A DNA stretch of 64,000 nt from positions 141,356 through 205,355 of the forward strand of contig JBAZNI010000002.1 in NCBI GenBank assembly GCA_041649295.1, in the 5' to 3' direction. Numbering within the stretch: position 1 is the first letter of the stretch; each line of letters begins with the position of its first letter. Shown piece by piece: positions 1-8,716 of this stretch. The notes under the pieces were generated by a model. It ran no database searches, was not told the origin of the DNA, and worked only from the letters and a program-made list of their open reading frames with translations. The translations under genes and the position numbers were made by a program. The stretch is from Candidatus Pacearchaeota archaeon (GTDB taxonomy: Archaea > Nanobdellota > Nanobdellia > Pacearchaeales > GW2011-AR1).

Positions 1-354
1 CTGCTCGTTAAATAAATGGGGGTTGATAATTTTTATATTCTCAGGTATTTCTGAAATTATTTCATGATGGTCAAGAATGAAAACGTCTGTTTTAAGCAAT
101 TTAATTCTGTCGAGGCTGTTTGAGGCTAAATCTAAAAATAGGATTATTTTATTTTCGTCTAATTTCGACATTACTTGTTCTTCCAGTTGCTTGACAATTC
201 TTAATGAAAATTTTATGTTCAGCCTTTGCAAAGCCATTGTTATTATCGCTGCAGATGTTATTCCATCTGTGTCGTGATGGCTTATTATTTGCACTTCTTT
301 TTTTCCTGCTGCTTTATAGAATTGTTCAGCAATCTGTTTGATTGCATTTAACAT
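1..354 (-). CDS. DHH-family phosphoesterase (RecJ/GAN-like), N-terminal part; gene runs off the left edge
   Basis: Hand translation from ATG at 354: MLNAIKQIAEQFYKAAGKKEVQIISHHDTDGITSAAI...LFLDLASN...VFILDHHEI. This shows DHH motifs I-III. Open to position 1; starts 3 nt after the rps15 stop. Confidence 0.6.
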   Translation of the reverse strand, partial: MLNAIKQIAEQFYKAAGKKEVQIISHHDTDGITSAAIITMALQRLNIKFSLRIVKQLEEQVMSKLDENKIILFLDLASNSLDRIKLLKTDVFILDHHEIISEIPENIKIINPHLFNEQ

Positions 355-356
355 TT

Positions 357-737
357 TTACCTCTTTTTCTTTTTCTGATATTTTTCCATTTTTTTCTTTA
401 AACCAATGAATCTTACAATTTCTCTGTTTGCTCTTTTGTCCTGCTTGTTTTTTTCATAATGTTTTTCTATCTTTGACAGTTTTTTATTAACTAAGTCTAA
501 ATCTGTTTCATAAACGACTTTATGTTCTTTAAGTATTTTGGTTATTTTCTTGCCAAGCAACTTTGCTTTTTGGATTCCATATTTTTCTTTTAGAATAATC
601 CCGATTTTTGAAGGGGTATTTCCTTTTTTTCCAAGTTCAACTATTGTCTCTTCTATATTTTCTATACTTGTTCTTTCTGGTGTTTTCTTATTTACTTTTT
701 TCAATGGTTTTTTAGATTTTGTTTGCTTATATTCCAT
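357..737 (-). CDS. rps15: 30S ribosomal protein uS15 (S15P/S13e)
   Basis: 126 aa, basic. Segment GNTPSKIGIILKEKYGI and C-terminal helical part are typical of archaeal S15/S13e. Confidence 0.85.
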   Translation of the reverse strand: MEYKQTKSKKPLKKVNKKTPERTSIENIEETIVELGKKGNTPSKIGIILKEKYGIQKAKLLGKKITKILKEHKVVYETDLDLVNKKLSKIEKHYEKNKQDKRANREIVRFIGLKKKMEKYQKKKKR

Positions 738-756
738 AAATACTGTTCTTAACAGA

Positions 757-773
757 GGTTTAAAAAGGTTTGT
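757..773 (-). promoter_or_regulatory. BRE/TATA-like promoter box upstream of rps15 (minus-sense CAAACCTTTTTAAACCT)
   Basis: AT-rich TATA-like element about 25-35 nt upstream of the rps15 ATG. The identical 17-mer recurs upstream of tfb at 25622..25638. Confidence 0.45.
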
Positions 774-838
774 AATTCTTTTTTAATGGCTAACTAACAG
801 CAAAGTTTTTTAAAGCATTTGACTTTTGATTTTAGAAT

Positions 839-911
839 AGCCCTGTAGGATAGTGGTCAAGTCTACGAGCCTTTGGAGCTTGTGACCCAGGTTCGAATCC
901 TGGCGGGGCTA
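839..911 (+). tRNA. tRNA-Gln (anticodon TTG)
   Basis: Hand-folded cloverleaf: acceptor AGCCCTG/CGGGGCT (A1-U72 as in archaeal tRNA-Gln), anticodon stem CGAGC/GCTTG, loop CTTTGGA, T-arm CCAGG-TTCGAAT-CCTGG. Confidence 0.85.
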
Positions 912-995
912 TTGCCAGTATTCGAAGTGCTCATGAAGCAGAACTTCCTGGCAAATTATATTCTTGCGAATCTAATTAATCCTGGCGGGGCTATT
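896..995 (+). repeat. tRNA-3'-end duplication bracketing a conserved ~64-nt module (tRNA-Gln copy)
   Basis: AATCCTGGCGGGGCTATT occurs at 896..913 (end of tRNA-Gln) and again at 978..995. The 64 nt between them are about 85% identical to the module 3' of tRNA-Arg (28635..28698). Confidence 0.75.
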
Positions 996-1162
996 TTATT
1001 ATTAAACAAAGGGGATAAGCGGAGATTTATGATTTAAACATATAAACAGATTTTTAACTCTTAAAATTTACGAGTTTTTACCAAAAGGTATATATATAAT
1101 TTCTTTAAAATAATAGACTCTGATTTAGAGTTATATTGAATGAAAGGAGGTTAAAAAAAGAG

Positions 1163-2254
1163 ATGAAAAAAAATTTAGCAATTACTTTTCTTGTTTTATT
1201 CCTTATTTTATCACTGGCAACTTTTGTTTCAGCAGGTTGGTTTGGGATTACTGGAAAAGCAATAAGTGTAGACAAATATGTAAAAGGGCTTAAAGAACTT
1301 GATAATGGATTAGATTATGGTGTTGCTGGAGCAATAAGGACCACCAATGGACAGGTAGGTTTGTATGATTATTGTGAAGGCAATACTTTGCATGAGTCAT
1401 ATATAGCTAGGACTTATTTAGGATATGGATTAGCTAAATATCAAGAGCATGATTGTGCTTTAGATGAAGAATGTGTTAGCGAAGAGATTACTAATTCCCA
1501 ATATGCAGGAACCTCTGCAAAATGTCGAAAGAAAACAAACCCCCGATGCGAGGATTCAGATGATGAATCTGGAACTGCAAATACTGCAGGATATGTAATT
1601 GTAGTAAATTCTGCAGGCAGAGAAATATTATATGATGGGTATAATCGTGAGGGGAATATTGGCCCTGCTGGAAAAGTTATTGAATGGACTTGCAATCCCC
1701 AAACAAATGCAGCTGAAAGAAGGGATATTTCATGTGGGGAAAATTCAAGAGTGGCTCGTGGTTCTGTTACACCCGATTATAGCATTGTTGGACAGTCAGG
1801 AAATGGAAATTCACATAATGCATATTATTGTCATGATTTTGAGCCATCATGCGATTTATCTGCAGATAAAAAAACAGTAACTGGAATTGATTCTCTTGGA
1901 AATGAGTATAGTTATTCAGATAAGTGTGTTGGGGCAACTAGCTGGGATTATTCGTGCAATGGAGACAGCACAGGATATCAATTAGCGAGGGTTCCTTGTG
2001 GAGAAGTAGGATGTGATTCTAACACGGGGTTATGTAGATCAGATTATTGCACAGATTCAGATGGTTCTGATACTGAAAGAGCAGGAATTGTTAGAATAAA
2101 AAATTCTGCACATCTTGCAACAGATATTTGCGCAGGAAGAGATAGTGTTATTGAATTTTCTTGCAGCAGCCCAGAAAACGAATACTTTGAAGCAAGAAGA
2201 ATTGCATGTGCTAATGGGAAAGTTTGCAGAGCAGGAGCTTGCAGAACAGCTTAA
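1163..2254 (+). CDS. secreted cysteine-rich protein (Sec signal peptide)
   Basis: GGAGG at 1146..1150 then ATG at 1163. N-terminus MKKNLAITFLVLFLILSLATFVSA; many Cys and repeated C.DSD(G/D) motifs. No family recognised. Confidence 0.6.
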   Translation: MKKNLAITFLVLFLILSLATFVSAGWFGITGKAISVDKYVKGLKELDNGLDYGVAGAIRTTNGQVGLYDYCEGNTLHESYIARTYLGYGLAKYQEHDCALDEECVSEEITNSQYAGTSAKCRKKTNPRCEDSDDESGTANTAGYVIVVNSAGREILYDGYNREGNIGPAGKVIEWTCNPQTNAAERRDISCGENSRVARGSVTPDYSIVGQSGNGNSHNAYYCHDFEPSCDLSADKKTVTGIDSLGNEYSYSDKCVGATSWDYSCNGDSTGYQLARVPCGEVGCDSNTGLCRSDYCTDSDGSDTERAGIVRIKNSAHLATDICAGRDSVIEFSCSSPENEYFEARRIACANGKVCRAGACRTA

Positions 2255-2302
2255 TTAATTATTTTATTTCTACTTTTTCTTATTTTTTATTTTTGTATAG
2301 GG

Positions 2303-3067
2303 TTAGTGCCCTTTATATCTTCCCCGTAATTCTACTTTTGTAAGTTGTTCTAAGACTGGCTTGTAATTTTTAGAAATTTTGTAACCTTTTAAAATAGACT
2401 GATAGTATTTTTTCCAGTTCTGAAAATGTTTTGCTTCTAGTGCTTGTTTAATTAAATGCAAATCTACTGCTTTGTCTTCTAACCTGCTGCTGTGAAAACC
2501 TAATCCAAAATCAATAAACCATACCTGCTCGCTATCGCTCGCATTTTGCTGCTTCGAATTCGGCTCTGCCAGAATTCTCTTATTAGATTTCTTTAATAAA
2601 ATATTTTTTTTAAGTTTATATTCTGTGTTTGAGTTGTTATTTGTGTTATTTGAATTTTCTTTTTTTAGTTTTTCACCTTCTGATTTTTTTACAAGTATTA
2701 TATTTGAGGTTGTTAAATCTCCGTGAATTATTCCATTGTCGTGCAGTTTTGCAATTGACTCTCCTATTTGCTCGCATATTTTTTCTGCTTTTTTTATTTC
2801 TAAATTGTCTAAATGCTCTGATAATTTCTTGCCTTCAACATAAGGCATTTTTATTGTGTAAAAATCAGGAATAAAAAAGGGTTTTGGAGAGTTAATTATT
2901 TCAGAAGCGTTTATTAATAATTTTGCTTCTTTTTTTGTTCTTTGTTTTCTAATGCTGTCGTCGAGCTGTTTTAATCTATAACCTTTAGAAATCCTGTCTT
3001 TTATTATAAAATTATTTTCTTTTATTATTTTTGCTTCTGCACCCTGGGCAATTAATTTTTGTTTCAT
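2303..3067 (-). CDS. bud32: Bud32/PRPK-type atypical protein kinase (KEOPS subunit) with an Asn/Lys-rich insertion
   Basis: N-terminal LIAQGAEAKI, catalytic HGDLTTSNII, then FIDFGLG. About 55 low-complexity residues lie between the catalytic loop and DFG. Confidence 0.75.
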   Translation of the reverse strand: MKQKLIAQGAEAKIIKENNFIIKDRISKGYRLKQLDDSIRKQRTKKEAKLLINASEIINSPKPFFIPDFYTIKMPYVEGKKLSEHLDNLEIKKAEKICEQIGESIAKLHDNGIIHGDLTTSNIILVKKSEGEKLKKENSNNTNNNSNTEYKLKKNILLKKSNKRILAEPNSKQQNASDSEQVWFIDFGLGFHSSRLEDKAVDLHLIKQALEAKHFQNWKKYYQSILKGYKISKNYKPVLEQLTKVELRGRYKGH

Positions 3068-3120
3068 TGTATATGTTTAATAATAATAATCTTTAAATAT
3101 CTTTTTTATATTAATTTTAT

Positions 3121-4881
3121 ATGGGGTGTTTGAAGGAGAGGGGGTTAAGATATTTATTGTCTGGATTATTTTTATTAACACTTGTTTTCCTTAGTTTTAA
3201 TCTTGTTAGTGGATTAAACTGCACTACTGGATTATATTCGACAGATGATTTTTATTTTTGGAATCCAAATAATTCTATTTTATGGGCAGATAGAACTACA
3301 GAGGTTTGTTGCCCAGATAATGCCTGTGTTTCTGATGATGGGACATGTTATTTAAGCACGAAAGATACCTTAAACTTTGCTAATCTTCTTTATTTGAAAG
3401 GAGGGCTTAGCCCAAGGAGCAGTGATAACTGGGCTTATTGTTATTCTCGTGGAGGAAGAGATGGAGGAGAAGCAGATGATGCAAGCTGGATGGATTGTGA
3501 TATCTGGTATTCTGGCTGGTGTAAACATCCTCTTGTTTGCGGTTCAAATTCAGGGGTTAAGTCAGGTGAAACTGCAATTCATGGGGAATATTCTTTAACA
3601 GATATTAATCAAAGTAAATTTGAATGTTGCGGAGATGATGCAAATGAGTATCCATTAAACTATAGTGCAGGAGTTGTTTGTTGTGATAGTGATTCTGATT
3701 TAGTTGATTTAAATGGCAAGTGCCATTCTGCTTCTGGGGAGTTGACCAATTCAAAAGTTGATACAGAGATTAATGCTTTGACTTTTATTAATCTGCGTGA
3801 AGAGGAAAATTTAACTATTATTAACTATCATTTATCGCAGATATTTGGAAACTCTACAGGTTATGCAGGCCTAAATGGGGAAGAGATTACATTAAATATT
3901 TTATCTTATGTAACTCAAATACTCCCATTGGGAAGCACTTTATGCCATACAGGAAGCCAGTCTTTAGAAAGTGAAAGTGCAGACTGCTATGGCTACTCTC
4001 AGGCATTTGAGGTTTTAATTAAAAAAACAGGAATTCCTATAAGGATTGTTAATGTAAAAAACATTGGCTACATGCAAGGGCATACATTGACTGAAGTATA
4101 TTATAATAATTCATGGCATTTATTTGACCCAACATTTGCAACTTTCTTTTATACTAAAGAAAATTTCGATAGTACAGGAAATGTACTTTCATTTAAAGAA
4201 GTACTTACTAATGAAAATTTAATTGAAAACTGCTTCCAAATAAATACTACTATTTACAGCGGGAATTTTACAAGTACAATTGAGATAAGGAAAGTTCCTG
4301 AAGAGTATAAACATAAGCCAAATGTTTCTTTTACTTTAATGCAGTTTTACAGAGAAGCATTATCAACTTCTTTTCCAAATTCATACTTATTTGAAGGTAA
4401 AACAGTTTCATTTCCTTTAGAATTAAATTTAAGCTCTGGAAACTTATGGCTTGGAAGTGTTGACAGCTCTTTTTCAGATTTATCTAATTTAAAAACAGGA
4501 GACAAGTATACGCGTTATGCAGGAAATTGGCTCCTTGGAAAATTAATTCATTCAACCTATGTACATACTGCAATCTTGAATACGCCTGATAAAGGCAAGT
4601 TTAAATTAACTTATTATTTTGTGAGTGGCTCTTTTGAAAACCTGGAAATAACTGAACTTAAGGGAGCTATTGTTACAGGCATTTCTAAGGGGCCAGATTA
4701 TTATGAAATTGAAGGATATGTAAGGGAATCAGGAGCTATTCTGCTTGTTACTAATAAACAACCAGCAGATAATTCCTACAGCAATATTGCGGTTGTTGAT
4801 GCAATTCATGCTGAGTTTTTTGAGAGTAAAGAAATGTTAGCAGAAGGAGATTATAATTATCTATTAACTGCTCATTATTAA
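3121..4881 (+). CDS. secreted protein with transglutaminase-like cysteine-protease core
   Basis: N-terminal hydrophobic signal and Cys-rich N-terminal half. The core DCYGYSQAFEVLIKKTGIPIRIV...GHTLTEVYYNNSWHLFDPT fits the Cys-His-Asp transglutaminase-like pattern. Confidence 0.6.
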   Translation: MGCLKERGLRYLLSGLFLLTLVFLSFNLVSGLNCTTGLYSTDDFYFWNPNNSILWADRTTEVCCPDNACVSDDGTCYLSTKDTLNFANLLYLKGGLSPRSSDNWAYCYSRGGRDGGEADDASWMDCDIWYSGWCKHPLVCGSNSGVKSGETAIHGEYSLTDINQSKFECCGDDANEYPLNYSAGVVCCDSDSDLVDLNGKCHSASGELTNSKVDTEINALTFINLREEENLTIINYHLSQIFGNSTGYAGLNGEEITLNILSYVTQILPLGSTLCHTGSQSLESESADCYGYSQAFEVLIKKTGIPIRIVNVKNIGYMQGHTLTEVYYNNSWHLFDPTFATFFYTKENFDSTGNVLSFKEVLTNENLIENCFQINTTIYSGNFTSTIEIRKVPEEYKHKPNVSFTLMQFYREALSTSFPNSYLFEGKTVSFPLELNLSSGNLWLGSVDSSFSDLSNLKTGDKYTRYAGNWLLGKLIHSTYVHTAILNTPDKGKFKLTYYFVSGSFENLEITELKGAIVTGISKGPDYYEIEGYVRESGAILLVTNKQPADNSYSNIAVVDAIHAEFFESKEMLAEGDYNYLLTAHY

Positions 4882-4985
4882 AATATAATATCTTGCTAAT
4901 TTTTGTTTTTTTATATTGTTTAGATTCATTCTGAGATAGACTATCTGGCATACATATACCCTTTGCGAAGCAATGTATAATTTTT

Positions 4986-6353
4986 TTAAAACTTCATCAT
5001 TTTTCTTTTTCCGAACTTCTTTGCTAATTTCATCATTTGCTTTTGAGATAACTGGCTTGGGTCTGAAATGTCGCCTAAACTTCCTGTTGCAAATTCTTTT
5101 ATCATCTTGTATTGTTTTATTAGCTGCCTTATATCTGATGTAGATACTCCCGAACCCCTTGAAATTCTGCTTATTCTTGAAGTTTGTTTTTCTAATAATT
5201 CTGGATTTTCCTTTTCTTTGATTGTCATGCTTTTAATTGCATGTTTCCAATGCTTCATTTTTTCCTCTTGCCCACCAAGCAATTCTTCTGGAATTTTTGC
5301 TTTTCCAAATCCAGGTATAAGCTCAGTTATTTTGCTTAATGAACCCATACTACTCATAGAATCTAGTTGCTGATAAAAATCGTCCATTGTGAATTTTCCC
5401 TCTTCTAATCTTTTTTGCATTTTTTCCTGCTGTTTTTCATCTGTTACAGAACGAACCCTTTCTATTAGGGATTCCAAGTCCCCCATCCCCAACAGCCTTG
5501 ATACAAATGTTTTTGGGTTAAACTGCTCAATATCGTTTATGTGTTCTCCTGTTCCTATAAAATAAACAGGGGCATCTACTTCCTTGCATGCTGTTAAAGC
5601 TCCTCCTGCTTTTGCTGAAGAATCCATTCTTGTAATTATCACTCCGTTTATTCCTGCTGCTTCTTTAAATGCTTGAGCTTGTGTTTTAGCTGCTTGTCCT
5701 ATATCTGCAGCTATGATAAGAAGAACATTTGAAGGGTTGATCTCTTTTGATAATTTTTTAATTTCATCTGTTAAACTTTTTTCCAAAGCATCTCTTCCAG
5801 CAGAGTCAATTAAAACTAAGTCATATTTTTCAATTTCTTTTTCATATTTTTTATAAATTGTTACAGGATTTTTTTGCTCTTTTTCTGTAAATACCGGCAC
5901 TTCTACTTTTTTACCTAATTGTTCTAACTGTTCTGATGCTGCTGGACGATGAACATCTAATCCAAGAAGAGCAACTTTCTTGCCCCTTTTTTTGTAATAT
6001 GCTGCAAGTTTTGCAATTGTTGTTGTTTTCCCTGTTCCATACAATCCAACAAATAGTATCTTATCTTTTTTGCCAAGTTTTAATTCTTTTTTATCCCCCC
6101 CAATTATGTTCTGAATTTCATCATTCAGAAGTTTAATAAGATGCTCTTTTTTATCAATATTTTTAACATATTTCTCCCCTTCTTTTTTAATTTTGTCACT
6201 TAGTTCTTTTACTAACTGAACATTAACATCTGCCATAATTAGCGCCCTTTGCAAGTCCTTAACAACAGAATCAACTAAAGTCTTATCTACAAAAATTGCG
6301 CTTGTTATTTTATCCACGCTTTTCTTAAAAGCATTTCCGATAGCTTCTAACAT
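4986..6353 (-). CDS. srp54: signal recognition particle protein SRP54
   Basis: GLYGTGKTTT P-loop, DSAGR, a Met-rich M-domain and a basic C-terminus. Confidence 0.95.
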   Translation of the reverse strand: MLEAIGNAFKKSVDKITSAIFVDKTLVDSVVKDLQRALIMADVNVQLVKELSDKIKKEGEKYVKNIDKKEHLIKLLNDEIQNIIGGDKKELKLGKKDKILFVGLYGTGKTTTIAKLAAYYKKRGKKVALLGLDVHRPAASEQLEQLGKKVEVPVFTEKEQKNPVTIYKKYEKEIEKYDLVLIDSAGRDALEKSLTDEIKKLSKEINPSNVLLIIAADIGQAAKTQAQAFKEAAGINGVIITRMDSSAKAGGALTACKEVDAPVYFIGTGEHINDIEQFNPKTFVSRLLGMGDLESLIERVRSVTDEKQQEKMQKRLEEGKFTMDDFYQQLDSMSSMGSLSKITELIPGFGKAKIPEELLGGQEEKMKHWKHAIKSMTIKEKENPELLEKQTSRISRISRGSGVSTSDIRQLIKQYKMIKEFATGSLGDISDPSQLSQKQMMKLAKKFGKRKMMKF

Positions 6354-6498
6354 TGTATAATTATCAGTAAATTAGGGATTAATAAAGTTGCGGTTTTGCC
6401 CAATTTTGCCTTACTTAATCCTAAATATTCTTTCTGTGCCCAACGTTTTCCTCTATGAGTTAAGATAAATTTAAAAATGATCTAAAAATTAATTACCC

Positions 6499-7236
6499 AT
6501 GGTAAAAATAGATCCTAAAAAAATAGAATTAATAGATTATTTTCATAACCCGATGAAAAATCCAACCCTTTGTAATCCAGATTATAGAGAAATTTCAGAT
6601 TATGATTGTCTATTAGATACTTGCGCACACATAAAAGATATTGATAAATTATTATCAGGAATTCAATCGCCTGAAATAAAATGGATAGATTATTGTTGTG
6701 GAAGAGGAACAGCTTTGACACAGGGTACTTATAGATTTAATAGAAGAAATGGTGGACTTGTTTCATCTCTTGGGGCGGATATAAGAAGATTTGATGGTAA
6801 AAAATATGTAGATACTCCTCAATTTATTCAAGGTCAAACAGTATTTTATCAACATGATTTGGATGAGGGGGTTCTTGAAACTTTAAAGCCTGATCTTATC
6901 ACATGTATAAAAGGATTACTTTATACAAATGATCCATTAAAAGGGTTTGAACGTATGTATCATCAGTTAAATGAAGGAGGTTGTATGTTAGTGACTATTA
7001 ATACGGGTAATGAAGTGGATTATTTCAGAGATTTAACTACTGAAATGATGGGAATGTTGTTTGATAGAGCAGATATTGTTTCAAGAGCTGTCATGTTCCA
7101 AAAAGAAGTTGTGGTTTTCTTAAATAAACTAAGAGGTTGTAAAAAAGGATTAGACTTTGGTTTAGAATTAGAACAATCCTCAAGAGACCCATATCGCGGT
7201 TGGACTAGATGCAATTATACTTGGAGAGAAGAATAA
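6499..7236 (+). CDS. putative class I SAM-dependent methyltransferase
   Basis: Motif I-like WIDYCCGRGTALTQ and later LNEGGCMLV. Otherwise unrecognised. Confidence 0.45.
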   Translation: MVKIDPKKIELIDYFHNPMKNPTLCNPDYREISDYDCLLDTCAHIKDIDKLLSGIQSPEIKWIDYCCGRGTALTQGTYRFNRRNGGLVSSLGADIRRFDGKKYVDTPQFIQGQTVFYQHDLDEGVLETLKPDLITCIKGLLYTNDPLKGFERMYHQLNEGGCMLVTINTGNEVDYFRDLTTEMMGMLFDRADIVSRAVMFQKEVVVFLNKLRGCKKGLDFGLELEQSSRDPYRGWTRCNYTWREE

Positions 7237-7435
7237 AATAATTTCAAGTTTAACTCCTCCCAACAGAACCTAACTATTTAGTCATACGCCCTGTCGGAGC
7301 ATTGAACTAAAATAGCTCATAGTTATTCGGTTTATGTAAAAGATTTAACTTCAAGAATCTTGAAGTTTTTATTCTTGATAGTGCTCAAGATTTAAAAAAT
7401 CTTGACCTCCTAGGGTTAGATTACCCCACGAAATG

Positions 7436-8017
7436 TTAAACCAATCTTTTTACCCTATTTCTAATTTTTTCAGGGTATCTCTTTAAATAATTATTTAATT
7501 TTGACTTATCAATTTCCTTTTGAATATTCTTTAAGGCATCATCATCGATTTTTTGATTAAAAACGACCATATCAATAAAAGTTTTTTCTAAATCTGAGTA
7601 AGGCAGATAGAAATCGCCTTCCATAACGTGTTCAAAACCAAAGAAATATTTTTTATCTATGTTTCTTATCATAACATTTCTGCCCATTAAGCTTCTCACA
7701 CCCCTTCGAACTTTTTTTGTAGTTATAACGACTGGAATTGTTTCCTGCCCCCAAATTTTATGGTAACTTAAAGCACTTTGTAGTCCAAGATAAGCTGGTT
7801 TGAAAGAAAAAACCACTAAGGATATTTCATTATGTACACTATAAAATCCTTTTCCTATTTTTTTTATTTTTCCTTTCTTTAGCAGATTATAAACTAAGAG
7901 TTTAGCATAATTGCTGTTTTTTGTTTTCCCAACTATCCTTTCTATTGACTTAAAATCTACAACAGGGCTCTTTTCAAATAAACTTTCTATTTTTTCTAAA
8001 TGTATTTGTTTTCCCAT
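7436..8017 (-). CDS. AbiEi-like transcriptional regulator / type IV antitoxin candidate
   Basis: N-terminal winged-helix segment (LLVYNLLKKGKIKKIGKGFYSV). Overlaps the upstream AbiEii-like gene by 22 nt. Confidence 0.55.
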   Translation of the reverse strand: MGKQIHLEKIESLFEKSPVVDFKSIERIVGKTKNSNYAKLLVYNLLKKGKIKKIGKGFYSVHNEISLVVFSFKPAYLGLQSALSYHKIWGQETIPVVITTKKVRRGVRSLMGRNVMIRNIDKKYFFGFEHVMEGDFYLPYSDLEKTFIDMVVFNQKIDDDALKNIQKEIDKSKLNNYLKRYPEKIRNRVKRLV

Positions 8018-8649
8018 TTTCTTTTTATATAACTAATCATTTCGTCTGCAGAAGGAACCATGCCTTCAAGTAAGATAACCTTCAAGTTTTCCTCATCAAG
8101 CGGTTTTTTATAATTTTTAATTAAACCTCCAATTTCCTTTATTTTTTTGGGATTATCAACAATCCTTAGCAAAAAGAAAATATCCCATAAATCTCTAATT
8201 TTAAATCTTTTCAAATAAGTATTTGACTTTTCAATTAAAAAAGATTCTGGGGTTAAGCTGTATATTAAAAAAACATTGCCATCAGACATTTCATAATCGC
8301 AAATTATGCCTGAAATTTTCTGAAAAGTTGCTTCTAATCTAACCGAAACTCTTTCAAGTTCTAATTCAGCATAAACACTATTTTCTGAAATCTTCTCTTT
8401 TTTTATATCAAATCCCGCCTTGTTTAAATTTTCAAATAAACTTCCAAGCTTTTTCTTATCATTAGGAAGATAAAAATCTAAATCTTCAGAGAATCTATTT
8501 CCATTATAACATCTCCAAATGGCTGTTCCGCCATGCAAAACTGCTTTATCAAAAACAGAATAAACTTCCTTTATAATTAAATCCTGAGCATAAGCTATCT
8601 TTCTATGAATTTCTCGTTTCAGTTTCGTTTGCAAAGGTATTTTTACCAT
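7996..8649 (-). CDS. AbiEii/AbiGii-family nucleotidyltransferase toxin (DUF1814-like)
   Basis: LHGGTAIWRCYNGNRFSEDLDFYL matches the conserved GGTA...R.S.DLDF core of the family. A TATA-like ATATATAAATA lies about 25 nt upstream of the ATG. Confidence 0.7.
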   Translation of the reverse strand: MVKIPLQTKLKREIHRKIAYAQDLIIKEVYSVFDKAVLHGGTAIWRCYNGNRFSEDLDFYLPNDKKKLGSLFENLNKAGFDIKKEKISENSVYAELELERVSVRLEATFQKISGIICDYEMSDGNVFLIYSLTPESFLIEKSNTYLKRFKIRDLWDIFFLLRIVDNPKKIKEIGGLIKNYKKPLDEENLKVILLEGMVPSADEMISYIKRKWENKYI

Positions 8650-8716
8650 GATATCTACAAAAGTTATGTATTTATATATCTTTCGTTTATATAATAAATA
8701 CCCCCCCGCGAATCTT

